From Lingula anatina (Eukaryota; Animalia; Brachiopoda): 64,000 nt of DNA. The stretch covers positions 22,884,401 through 22,948,400 of the forward strand of contig CM120641.1 of assembly GCA_051362555.1 (NCBI GenBank). Reading direction: 5' to 3'. The notes under the pieces are model-generated. The model was not told the origin of the DNA, did no database searches, and worked only from the letters and a program-made list of their open reading frames with translations. Each line of letters starts with the position of its first letter. Position 1 is the first letter of the stretch. Below are positions 12,301 through 25,120 of the stretch, in pieces. A program made the translations under genes and the position numbers.

Positions 12301-15300
12301 ACATTCATAAAAAATGTGTAAACGCGCCCGGGTCACTTCATTAAAGCCCCCAATTTCAGCTTTAAAGATTGCCAGAAAGCACACCTGAGAACAGGATTTG
12401 GAGAGAGGGGGGTTGGAGAGAGTTTTTGCTCTATTTCTTCCTAAATAATGACACAATCCCTCTTCCAGCACTTTACCCTCACTACAAATGACCAAACACA
12501 CCTACCTGACACAATATTGAAGAAAAAAATTTTTCATCCCTACCTGGCCAAAATTGAAGAAAACTGCCATATCCGGACCTTACGAAAATCTCTCAAAATC
12601 ACCCAAAAATGACCCGTCACCAATTTTTCCAAAAAGTGATGAAAATTAATTTACCACACCTGACATTCATAAAAAATGTGGAAACGCGCCCGGGTCACTT
12701 CATTAAAGCCCCCAATTTCAGCTTTAAAGATTGCCAGAAAGCACACCTGAGAACAGGATTTGGAGAGAGGGGGGGTGGAGAGAGTTTTTGCTCTATTTCT
12801 TCCTAAATAATGACACAATCCCTCTTCCAGCACTTTACCCTCACTACAAATGACCAAACACACCTACCTGACACAATATTGAAGAAAAAAATTTTTCATC
12901 CCTACCTGGCCAAAATTGAAGAAAACTGCCATATCCGGACCTTACGAAAATCTCTCAAAATCACCCAAAAATGACCCGTCACCAATTTTTCCAAAAAGTG
13001 ATGAAAATTAATTTACCACACCTGACATTCATAAAAAATGTGGAAACGCGCCCGGGTCACTTCATTAAAGCCCCCAATTTCAGCTTTAAAGATTGCCAGA
13101 AAGCACACCTGAGAACAGGATTTGGAGAGAGGGGGGGTGGAGAGAGTTTTTGCTCTATTTCTTCCTAAATAATGACACAATCCCTCTTCCAGCACTTTAC
13201 CCTCACTACAAATGACCAAACACACCTACCTGACACAATATTGAAGAAAAAAATTTTTCATCCCTACCTGGCCAAAATTGAAGAAAACTGCCATATCCGG
13301 ACCTTACGAAAATCTCTCAAAATCACCCAAAAATGACCCGTCACCAATTTTTCCAAAAAGTGATGAAAATTAATTTACCACACCTGACATTCATAAAAAA
13401 TGTGGAAACGCGCCCGGGTCACTTCATTAAAGCCCCCAATTTCAGCTTTAAAGATTGCCAGAAAGCACACCTGAGAACAGGATTTGGAGAGAGGGGGGGT
13501 GGAGAGAGTTTTTGCTCTATTTCTTCCTAAATAATGACACAATCCCTCTTCCAGCACTTTACCCTCACTACAAATGACCAAACACACCTACCTGACACAA
13601 TATTGAAGAAAAAAATTTTTCATCCCTACCTGGCCAAAATTGAAGAAAACTGCCATATCCGGACCTTACGAAAATCTCTCAAAATCACCCAAAAATGACC
13701 CGTCACCAATTTTTCCAAAAAGTGATGAAAATTAATTTACCACACCTGACATTCATAAAAAATGTGGAAACGCGCCCGGGTCACTTCATTAAAGCCCCCA
13801 ATTTCAGCTTTAAAGATTGCCAGAAAGCACACCTGAGAACAGGATTTGGAGAGAGGGGGGGTGGAGAGAGTTTTTGCTCTATTTCTTCCTAAATAATGAC
13901 ACAATCCCTCTTCCAGCACTTTACCCTCACTACAAATGACCAAACACACCTACCTGACACAATATTGAAGAAAAAAATTTTTCATCCCTACCTGGCCAAA
14001 ATTGAAGAAAACTGCCATATCCGGACCTTACGAAAATCTCTCAAAATCACCCAAAAATGACCCGTCACCAATTTTTCCAAAAAGTGATGAAAATTAATTT
14101 ACCACACCTGACATTCATAAAAAATGTGGAAACGCGCCCGGGTCACTTCATTAAAGCCCCCAATTTCAGCTTTAAAGATTGCCAGAAAGCACACCTGAGA
14201 ACAGGATTTGGAGAGAGGGGGGGTGGAGAGAGTTTTTGCTCTATTTCTTCCTAAATAATGACACAATCCCTCTTCCAGCACTTTACCCTCACTACAAATG
14301 ACCAAACACACCTACCTGACACAATATTGAAGAAAAAAATTTTTCATCCCTACCTGGCCAAAATTGAAGAAAACTGCCATATCCGGACCTTACGAAAATC
14401 TCTCAAAATCACCCAAAAATGACCCGTCACCAATTTTTCCAAAAAGTGATGAAAATTAATTTACCACACCTGACATTCATAAAAAATGTGGAAACGCGCC
14501 CGGGTCACTTCATTAAAGCCCCCAATTTCAGCTTTAAAGATTGCCAGAAAGCACACCTGAGAACAGGATTTGGAGAGAGGGGGGGTGGAGAGAGTTTTTG
14601 CTCTATTTCTTCCTAAATAATGACACAATCCCTCTTCCAGCACTTTACCCTCACTACAAATGACCAAACACACCTACCTGACACAATATTGAAGAAAAAA
14701 ATTTTTCATCCCTACCTGGCCAAAATTGAAGAAAACTGCCATATCCGGACCTTACGAAAATCTCTCAAAATCACCCAAAAATGACCCGTCACCAATTTTT
14801 CCAAAAAGTGATGAAAATTAATTTACCACACCTGACATTCATAAAAAATGTGGAAACGCGCCCGGGTCACTTCATTAAAGCCCCCAATTTCAGCTTTAAA
14901 GATTGCCAGAAAGCACACCTGAGAACAGGATTTGGAGAGAGGGGGGGTGGAGAGAGTTTTTGCTCTATTTCTTCCTAAATAATGACACAATCCCTCTTCC
15001 AGCACTTTACCCTCACTACAAATGACCAAACACACCTACCTGACACAATATTGAAGAAAAAAATTTTTCATCCCTACCTGGCCAAAATTGAAGAAAACTG
15101 CCATATCCGGACCTTACGAAAATCTCTCAAAATCACCCAAAAATGACCCGTCACCAATTTTTCCAAAAAGTGATGAAAATTAATTTACCACACCTGACAT
15201 TCATAAAAAATGTGGAAACGCGCCCGGGTCACTTCATTAAAGCCCCCAATTTCAGCTTTAAAGATTGCCAGAAAGCACACCTGAGAACAGGATTTGGAGA

Positions 15301-18300
15301 GAGGGGGGGTGGAGAGAGTTTTTGCTCTATTTCTTCCTAAATAATGACACAATCCCTCTTCCAGCACTTTACCCTCACTACAAATGACCAAACACACCTA
15401 CCTGACACAATATTGAAGAAAAAATTTTTTCATCCCTACCTGGCCAAAATTGAAGAAAACTGCCATATCCGGACCTTACGAAAATCTCTCAAAATCACCC
15501 AAAAATGACCCGTCACCAATTTTTCCAAAAAGTGATGAAAATTAATTTACCACACCTGACATTCATAAAAAATGTGGAAACGCGCCCGGGTCACTTCATT
15601 AAAGCCCCCAATTTCAGCTTTAAAGATTGCCAGAAAGCACACCTGAGAACAGGATTTGGAGAGAGGGGGGGTGGAGAGAGTTTTTGCTCTATTTCTTCCT
15701 AAATAATGACACAATCCCTCTTCCAGCACTTTACCCTCACTACAAATGACCAAACACACCTACCTGACACAATATTGAAGAAAAAAATTTTTCATCCCTA
15801 CCTGGCCAAAATTGAAGAAAACTGCCATATCCGGACCTTACGAAAATCTCTCAAAATCACCCAAAAATGACCCGTCACCAATTTTTCCAAAAAGTGATGA
15901 AAATTAATTTACCACACCTGACATTCATAAAAAATGTGGAAACGCGCCCGGGTCACTTCATTAAAGCCCCCAATTTCAGCTTTAAAGATTGCCAGAAAGC
16001 ACACCTGAGAACAGGATTTGGAGAGAGGGGGGGTGGAGAGAGTTTTTGCTCTATTTCTTCCTAAATAATGACACAATCCCTCTTCCAGCACTTTACCCTC
16101 ACTACAAATGACCAAACACACCTACCTGACACAATATTGAAGAAAAAAATTTTTCATCCCTACCTGGCCAAAATTGAAGAAAACTGCCATATCCGGACCT
16201 TACGAAAATCTCTCAAAATCACCCAAAAATGACCCGTCACCAATTTTTCCAAAAAGTGATGAAAATTAATTTACCACACCTGACATTCATAAAAAATGTG
16301 GAAACGCGCCCGGGTCACTTCATTAAAGCCCCCAATTTCAGCTTTAAAGATTGCCAGAAAGCACACCTGAGAACAGGATTTGGAGAGAGGGGGGGTGGAG
16401 AGAGTTTTTGCTCTATTTCTTCCTAAATAATGACACAATCCCTCTTCCAGCACTTTACCCTCACTACAAATGACCAAACACACCTACCTGACACAATATT
16501 GAAGAAAAAAATTTTTCATCCCTACCTGGCCAAAATTGAAGAAAACTGCCATATCCGGACCTTACGAAAATCTCTCAAAATCACCCAAAAATGACCCGTC
16601 ACCAATTTTTCCAAAAAGTGATGAAAATTAATTTACCACACCTGACATTCATAAAAAATGTGGAAACGCGCCCGGGTCACTTCATTAAAGCCCCCAATTT
16701 CAGCTTTAAAGATTGCCAGAAAGCACACCTGAGAACAGGATTTGGAGAGAGGGGGGGTGGAGAGAGTTTTTGCTCTATTTCTTCCTAAATAATGACACAA
16801 TCCCTCTTCCAGCACTTTACCCTCACTACAAATGACCAAACACACCTACCTGACACAATATTGAAGAAAAAAATTTTTCATCCCTACCTGGCCAAAATTG
16901 AAGAAAACTGCCATATCCGGACCTTACGAAAATCTCTCAAAATCACCCAAAAATGACCCGTCACCAATTTTTCCAAAAAGTGATGAAAATTAATTTACCA
17001 CACCTGACATTCATAAAAAATGTGGAAACGCGCCCGGGTCACTTCATTAAAGCCCCCAATTTCAGCTTTAAAGATTGCCAGAAAGCACACCTGAGAACAG
17101 GATTTGGAGAGAGGGGGGGTGGAGAGAGTTTTTGCTCTATTTCTTCCTAAATAATGACACAATCCCTCTTCCAGCACTTTACCCTCACTACAAATGACCA
17201 AACACACCTACCTGACACAATATTGAAGAAAAAAATTTTTCATCCCTACCTGGCCAAAATTGAAGAAAACTGCCATATCCGGACCTTACGAAAATCTCTC
17301 AAAATCACCCAAAAATGACCCGTCACCAATTTTTCCAAAAAGTGATGAAAATTAATTTACCACACCTGACATTCATAAAAAATGTGGAAACGCGCCCGGG
17401 TCACTTCATTAAAGCCCCCAATTTCAGCTTTAAAGATTGCCAGAAAGCACACCTGAGAACAGGATTTGGAGAGAGGGGGGGTGGAGAGAGTTTTTGCTCT
17501 ATTTCTTCCTAAATAATGACACAATCCCTCTTCCAGCACTTTACCCTCACTACAAATGACCAAACACACCTACCTGACACAATATTGAAGAAAAAAATTT
17601 TTCATCCCTACCTGGCCAAAATTGAAGAAAACTGCCATATCCGGACCTTACGAAAATCTCTCAAAATCACCCAAAAATGACCCGTCACCAATTTTTCCAA
17701 AAAGTGATGAAAATTAATTTACCACACCTGACATTCATAAAAAATGTGGAAACGCGCCCGGGTCACTTCATTAAAGCCCCCAATTTCAGCTTTAAAGATT
17801 GCCAGAAAGCACACCTGAGAACAGGATTTGGAGAGAGGGGGGGTGGAGAGAGTTTTTGCTCTATTTCTTCCTAAATAATGACACAATCCCTCTTCCAGCA
17901 CTTTACCCTCACTACAAATGACCAAACACACCTACCTGACACAATATTGAAGAAAAAAATTTTTCATCCCTACCTGGCCAAAATTGAAGAAAACTGCCAT
18001 ATCCGGACCTTACGAAAATCTCTCAAAATCACCCAAAAATGACCCGTCACCAATTTTTCCAAAAAGTGATGAAAATTAATTTACCACACCTGACATTCAT
18101 AAAAAATGTGGAAACGCGCCCGGGTCACTTCATTAAAGCCCCCAATTTCAGCTTTAAAGATTGCCAGAAAGCACACCTGAGAACAGGATTTGGAGAGAGG
18201 GGGGGTGGAGAGAGTTTTTGCTCTATTTCTTCCTAAATAATGACACAATCCCTCTTCCAGCACTTTACCCTCACTACAAATGACCAAACACACCTACCTG

Positions 18301-18734
18301 ACACAATATTGAAGAAAAAAATTTTTCATCCCTACCTGGCCAAAATTGAAGAAAACTGCCATATCCGGACCTTACGAAAATCTCTCAAAATCACCCAAAA
18401 ATGACCCGTCACCAATTTTTCCAAAAAGTGATGAAAATTAATTTACCACACCTGACATTCATAAAAAATGTGGAAACGCGCCCGGGTCACTTCATTAAAG
18501 CCCCCAATTTCAGCTTTAAAGATTGCCAGAAAGCACACCTGAGAACAGGATTTGGATTTGGAGAGAGGGGGGGTGGAGAGAGTTTTTGCTCTATTTCTTC
18601 CTAAATAATGACACAATCACTCTTCCAGCACTTTACCCTCACTACAAATGACCAAACACACCTACCTGACACAATATTGAAGAAAAAAATTTTTCATCCC
18701 TACCTGGCCAAAATTGAAGAAAACTGCCATATCC

Positions 18735-21700
18735 AGACCTTACGAAAATCTCTCAAAATCACCCAAAAATGACCCGTCACCAATTTTTCCAAAAAGTGAT
18801 GAAAATTAATTTACCACACCTGACATTCATAAAAAATGTGGAAACGCGCCCGGGTCACTTCATTAGAGCCCCCAATTTCAGCTTTAAAGATTGCCAGAAA
18901 GCACACCTGAGAACAGGATTTGGAGAGAGGGGGGGGTGGAGAGAGTTTTTGCTCTATTTCTTCCTAAATAATGACACAATCACTCTTCCAGCACTTTACC
19001 CTCACTACAAATGACCAAACACACCTACCTGACACAATATTGAAGAAAAAAATTTTTCATCCCTACCTGGCCAAAATTGAAGAAAACTGCCATATCCGGA
19101 CCTTACGAAAATCTCTCAAAATCACCCAAAAATGACCCGTCACCAATTTTTCCAAAAAGTGATGAAAATTAATTTACCACACCTGACATTCATAAAAAAT
19201 GTGGAAACGCGCCCGGGTCACTTCATTAAAGCCCCCAATTTCAGCTTTAAAGATTGCCAGAAAGCACACCTGAGAACAGGATTTGGAGAGAGGGGGGGTG
19301 GAGAGAGTTTTTGCTCTATTTCTTCCTAAATAATGACACAATCACTCTTCCAGCACTTTACCCTCACTACAAATGACCAAACACACCTACCTGACACAAT
19401 ATTGAAGAAAAAAAATTTTTCATCCCTACCTGGCCAAAATTGAAGAAAACTGCCATATCCGGACCTTACGAAAATCTCTCAAAATCACCCAAAAATGACC
19501 CGTCACCAATTTTTCCAAAAAGTGATGAAAATTAATTTACCACACCTGACATTCATAAAAAATGTGGAAACGCGCCCGGGTCACTTCATTAAAGCCCCCA
19601 ATTTCAGCTTTAAAGATTGCCAGAAAGCACACCTGAGAACAGGATTTGGAGAGAGGGGGGGTGGAGAGAGTTTTTGCTCTATTTCTTCCTAAATAATGAC
19701 ACAATCACTCTTCCAGCACTTTACCCTCACTACAAATGACCAAACACACCTACCTGACACAATATTGAAGAAAAAAATTTTTCATCCCTACCTGGCCAAA
19801 ATTGAAGAAAACTGCCATAATCGGACCTTACGAAAATCTCTCAAAATCACCCAAAAATGACCCGTCACCAATTTTTCCAAAAAGTGATGAAAATTAATTT
19901 ACCACACCTGACATTCATAAAAAATGTGGAAACGCGCCCGGGTCACTTCATTAAAGCCCCCAATTTCAGCTTTAAAGATTGCCAGAAAGCACACCTGAGA
20001 ACAGGATTTGGAGAGAGGGGGGGGTGGAGAGAGTTTTTGCTCTATTTCTTCCTAAATAATGACACAATCACTCTTCCAGCACTTTACCCTCACTACAAAT
20101 GACCAAACACACCTACCTGACACAATATTGAAGAAAAAAATTTTTCATCCCTACCTGGCCAAAATTGAAGAAAACTGCCATATCCGGACCTTACGAAAAT
20201 CTCTCAAAATCACCCAAAAATGACCCGTCACCAATTTTTCCAAAAAGTGATGAAAATTAATTTACCACACCTGACATTCATAAAAAATGTGGAAACGCGC
20301 CCGGGTCACTTCATTAAAGCCCCCAATTTCAGCTTTAAAGATTGCCAGAAAGCACACCTGAGAACAGGATTTGGAGAGAGGGGGGGTGGAGAGAGTTTTT
20401 GCTCTATTTCTTCCTAAATAATGACACAATCACTCTTCCAGCACTTTACCCTCACTACAAATGACCAAACACACCTACCTGACACAATATTGAAGAAAAA
20501 AAATTTTTCATCCCTACCTGGCCAAAATTGAAGAAAACTGCCATATCCGGACCTTACGAAAATCTCTCAAAATCACCCAAAAATGACCCGTCACCAATTT
20601 TTCCAAAAAGTGATGAAAATTAATTTACCACACCTGACATTCATAAAAAATGTGGAAACGCGCCCGGGTCACTTCATTAAAGCCCCCAATTTCAGCTTTA
20701 AAGATTGCCAGAAAGCACACCTGAGAACAGGATTTGGAGAGAGGGGGGGTGGAGAGAGTTTTTTGCTCTATTTCTTCCTAAATAATGACACAATCACTCT
20801 TCCAGCACTTTACCCTCACTACAAATGACCAAACACACCTACCTGACACAATATTGAAGAAAAAAATTTTTCATCCCTACCTGGCCAAAATTGAAGAAAA
20901 CTGCCATAATCGGACCTTACGAAAATCTCTCAAAATCACCCAAAAATGACCCGTCACCAATTTTTCCAAAAAGTGATGAAAATTAATTTACCACACCTGA
21001 CATTCATAAAAAATGTGGAAACGCGCCCGGGTCACTTCATTAAAGCCCCCAATTTCAGCTTTAAAGATTGCCAGAAAGCACACCTGAGAACAGGATTTGG
21101 AGAGAGGGGGGGGTGGAGAGAGTTTTTGCTCTATTTCTTCCTAAATAATGACACAATCACTCTTCCAGCACTTTACCCTCACTACAAATGACCAAACACA
21201 CCTACCTGACACAATATTGAAGAAAAAAATTTTTCATCCCTACCTGGCCAAAATTGAAGAAAACTGCCATATCCGGACCTTACGAAAATCTCTCAAAATC
21301 ACCCAAAAATGACCCGTCACCAATTTTTCCAAAAAGTGATGAAAATTAATTTACCACACCTGACATTCATAAAAAATGTGGAAACGCGCCCGGGTCACTT
21401 CATTAAAGCCCCCAATTTCAGCTTTAAAGATTGCCAGAAAGCACACCTGAGAACAGGATTTGGAGAGAGGGGGGGTGGAGAGAGTTTTTGCTCTATTTCT
21501 TCCTAAATAATGACACAATCACTCTTCCAGCACTTTACCCTCACTACAAATGACCAAACACACCTACCTGACACAATATTGAAGAAAAAAATTTTTCATC
21601 CCTACCTGGCCAAAATTGAAGAAAACTGCCATATCCGGACCTTACGAAAATCTCTCAAAATCACCCAAAAATGACCCGTCACCAATTTTTCCAAAAAGTG

Positions 21701-24700
21701 ATGAAAATTAATTTACCACACCTGACATTCATAAAAAATGTGGAAACGCGCCCGGGTCACTTCATTAAAGCCCCCAATTTCAGCTTTAAAGATTGCCAGA
21801 AAGCACACCTGAGAACAGGATTTGGAGAGAGGGGGGGTGGAGAGAGTTTTTGCTCTATTTCTTCCTAAATAATGACACAATCACTCTTCCAGCACTTTAC
21901 CCTCACTACAAATGACCAAACACACCTACCTGACACAATATTGAAGAAAAAAATTTTTCATCCCTACCTGGTGAAAATTGAAGAAAACTGCCATATCCGG
22001 ACCTTACGAAAATCTCTCAAAATCACCCAAAAATGACCCGTCACCAATTTTTCCAAAAAGTGATGAAAATTAATTTACCACACCTGACATTCATAAAAAA
22101 TGTGGAAACGCGCCCGGGTCACTTCATTAAAGCCCCCAATTTCAGCTTTAAAATTGCCAGAAAGCACACCTGAGAACAGGATTTGGAGAGAGGGGGGGTG
22201 GAGAGAGTTTTTGCTCTATTTCTTCCTAAATAATGACACAATCACTCTTCCAGCACTTTACCCTCACTACAAATGACCAAACACACCTACCTGACACAAT
22301 ATTGAAGAAAAAAATTTTTCATCCCTACCTGGCCAAAATTGAAGAAAACTGCCATATCCGGACCTTACGAAAATCTCTCAAAATCACCCAAAAATGACCC
22401 GTCACCAATTTTTCCAAAAAGTGATGAAAATTAATTTACCACACCTGACATTCATAAAAAATGTGGAAACGCGCCCGGGTCACTTCATTAAAGCCCCCAA
22501 TTTCAGCTTTAAAGATTGCCAGAAAGCACACCTGAGAACAGGATTTGGAGAGAGGGGGGGGTGGAGAGAGTTTTTGCTCTATTTCTTCCTAAATAATGAC
22601 ACAATCACTCTTCCAGCACTTTACCCTCACTACAAATGACCAAACACACCTACCTGACACAATATTGAAGAAAAAAATTTTTCATCCCTACCTGGCCAAA
22701 ATTGAAAAAAACTGCCATATCCGGACCTTACGAAAATCTCTCAAAATCACCCAAAAATGACCCGTCACCAATTTTTCCAAAAAGTGATGAAAATTAATTT
22801 ACCACACCTGACATTCATAAAAAATGTGGAAACGCGCCCGGGTCACTTCATTAAAGCCCCCAATTTCAGCTTTAAAGATTGCCAGAAAGCACACCTGAGA
22901 ACAGGATTTGGAGAGAGGGGGGGTGGAGAGAGTTTTTGCTCTATTTCTTCCTAAATAATGACACAATCACTCTTCCAGCACTTTACCCTCACTACAAATG
23001 ACCAAACACACCTACCTAACACAATATTGAAGAAAAAAATTTTTCATCCCTACCTGGCCAAAATTGAAGAAAACTGCCATATCCAGACCTTACGAAAATC
23101 TCTCAAAATCACCCAAAAATGACCCGTCACCAATTTTTCCAAAAAGTGATGAAAATTAATTTACCACACCTGACATTCATAAAAAATGTGGAAACGCGCC
23201 CGGGTCACTTCATTAGAGCCCCCAATTTCAGCTTTAAAGATTGCCAGAAAGCACACCTGAGAACAGGATTTGGAGAGAGGGGGGGGGTGGAGAGAGTTTT
23301 TGCTCTATTTCTTCCTAAATAATGACACAATCACTCTTCCAGCACTTTACCCTCACTACAAATGACCAAACACACCTACCTGACACAATATTGAAGAAAA
23401 AAATTTTTCATCCCTACCTGGCCAAAATTGAAGAAAACTGCCATATCCGGACCTTACGAAAATCTCTCAAAATCACCCAAAAATGACCCGTCACCAATTT
23501 TTCCAAAAAGTGATGAAAATTAATTTACCACACCTGACATTCATAAAAAATGTGGAAACGCGCCCGGGTCACTTCATTAAAGCCCCCAATTTCAGCTTTA
23601 AAGATTGCCAGAAAGCACACCTGAGAACAGGATTTGGAGAGAGGGGGGGTGGAGAGAGTTTTTGCTCTATTTCTTCCTAAATAATGACACAATCACTCTT
23701 CCAGCACTTTACCCTCACTACAAATGACCAAACACACCTACCTGACACAATATTGAAGAAAAAAAATTTTTCATCCCTACCTGGCCAAAATTGAAGAAAA
23801 CTGCCATATCCGGACCTTACGAAAATCTCTCAAAATCACCCAAAAATGACCCGTCACCAATTTTTCCAAAAAGTGATGAAAATTAATTTACCACACCTGA
23901 CATTCATAAAAAATGTGGAAACGCGCCCGGGTCACTTCATTAAAGCCCCCAATTTCAGCTTTAAAGATTGCCAGAAAGCACACCTGAGAACAGGATTTGG
24001 AGAGAGGGGGGGTGGAGAGAGTTTTTGCTCTATTTCTTCCTAAATAATGACACAATCACTCTTCCAGCACTTTACCCTCACTACAAATGACCAAACACAC
24101 CTACCTGACACAATATTGAAGAAAAAAATTTTTCATCCCTACCTGGCCAAAATTGAAGAAAACTGCCATAATCGGACCTTACGAAAATCTCTCAAAATCA
24201 CCCAAAAATGACCCGTCACCAATTTTTCCAAAAAGTGATGAAAATTAATTTACCACACCTGACATTCATAAAAAATGTGGAAACGTGCCCGGGTCACTTC
24301 ATTAAAGCCCCCAATTTCAGCTTTAAAGATTGCCAGAAAGCACACCTGAGAACAGGATTTGGAGAGAGGGGGGGGTGGAGAGAGTTTTTGCTCTATTTCT
24401 TCCTAAATAATGACACAATCACTCTTCCAGCACTTTACCCTCACTACAAATGACCAAACACACCTACCTGACACAATATTGAAGAAAAAAATTTTTCATC
24501 CCTACCTGGCCAAAATTGAAGAAAACTGCCATATCCGGACCTTACGAAAATCTCTCAAAATCACCCAAAAATGACCCGTCACCAATTTTTCCAAAAAGTG
24601 ATGAAAATTAATTTACCACACCTGACATTCATAAAAAATGTGGAAACGCGCCCGGGTCACTTCATTAAAGCCCCCAATTTCAGCTTTAAAGATTGCCAGA

Positions 24701-25120
24701 AAGCACACCTGAGAACAGGATTTGGAGAGAGGGGGGGTGGAGAGAGTTTTTGCTCTATTTCTTCCTAAATAATGACACAATCACTCTTCCAGCACTTTAC
24801 CCTCACTACAAATGACCAAACACACCTACCTGACACAATATTGAAGAAAAAAAATTTTTCATCCCTACCTGGCCAAAATTGAAGAAAACTGCCATATCCG
24901 GACCTTACGAAAATCTCTCAAAATCACCCAAAAATGACCCGTCACCAATTTTTCCAAAAAGTGATGAAAATTAATTTACCACACCTGACATTCATAAAAA
25001 ATGTGGAAACGCGCCCGGGTCACTTCATTAAAGCCCCCAATTTCAGCTTTAAAGATTGCCAGAAAGCACACCTGAGAACAGGATTTGGAGAGAGGGGGGG
25101 TGGAGAGAGTTTTTTGCTCT
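18735..25120. repeat. Duplication with 12-monomer offset (4350-4351 bp) covering ~6 monomers, with a nested 3-monomer periodicity
   Basis: Paired markers: CCAGAC 18735/23085, ATTAGAG 18866/23216, ATAATCGG 19820/24171, plus matching A8, G8 and T6 run expansions. Confidence 0.9.

Larger units (their letters stand above)
1..18547. repeat. Domain A: highly homogeneous sub-array (~51 monomers, allele ACAATCCCTCTT)
   Basis: Anchors are exactly 362 bp apart from 301 to 18401, so there are no net indels. Every copy has C at monomer position 151 (last at 18251). Only singleton changes were seen: 8626, 10358, 11852-11853, 12319, 12413, 15425. Confidence 0.95.

Noticed and set aside
343-18293. Repeated - strand 70-aa ORF (MCLVICSE...)
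   Set aside because: It exists only because the domain A allele removes a TGA, is absent from ~70% of copies and has no recognisable homology.
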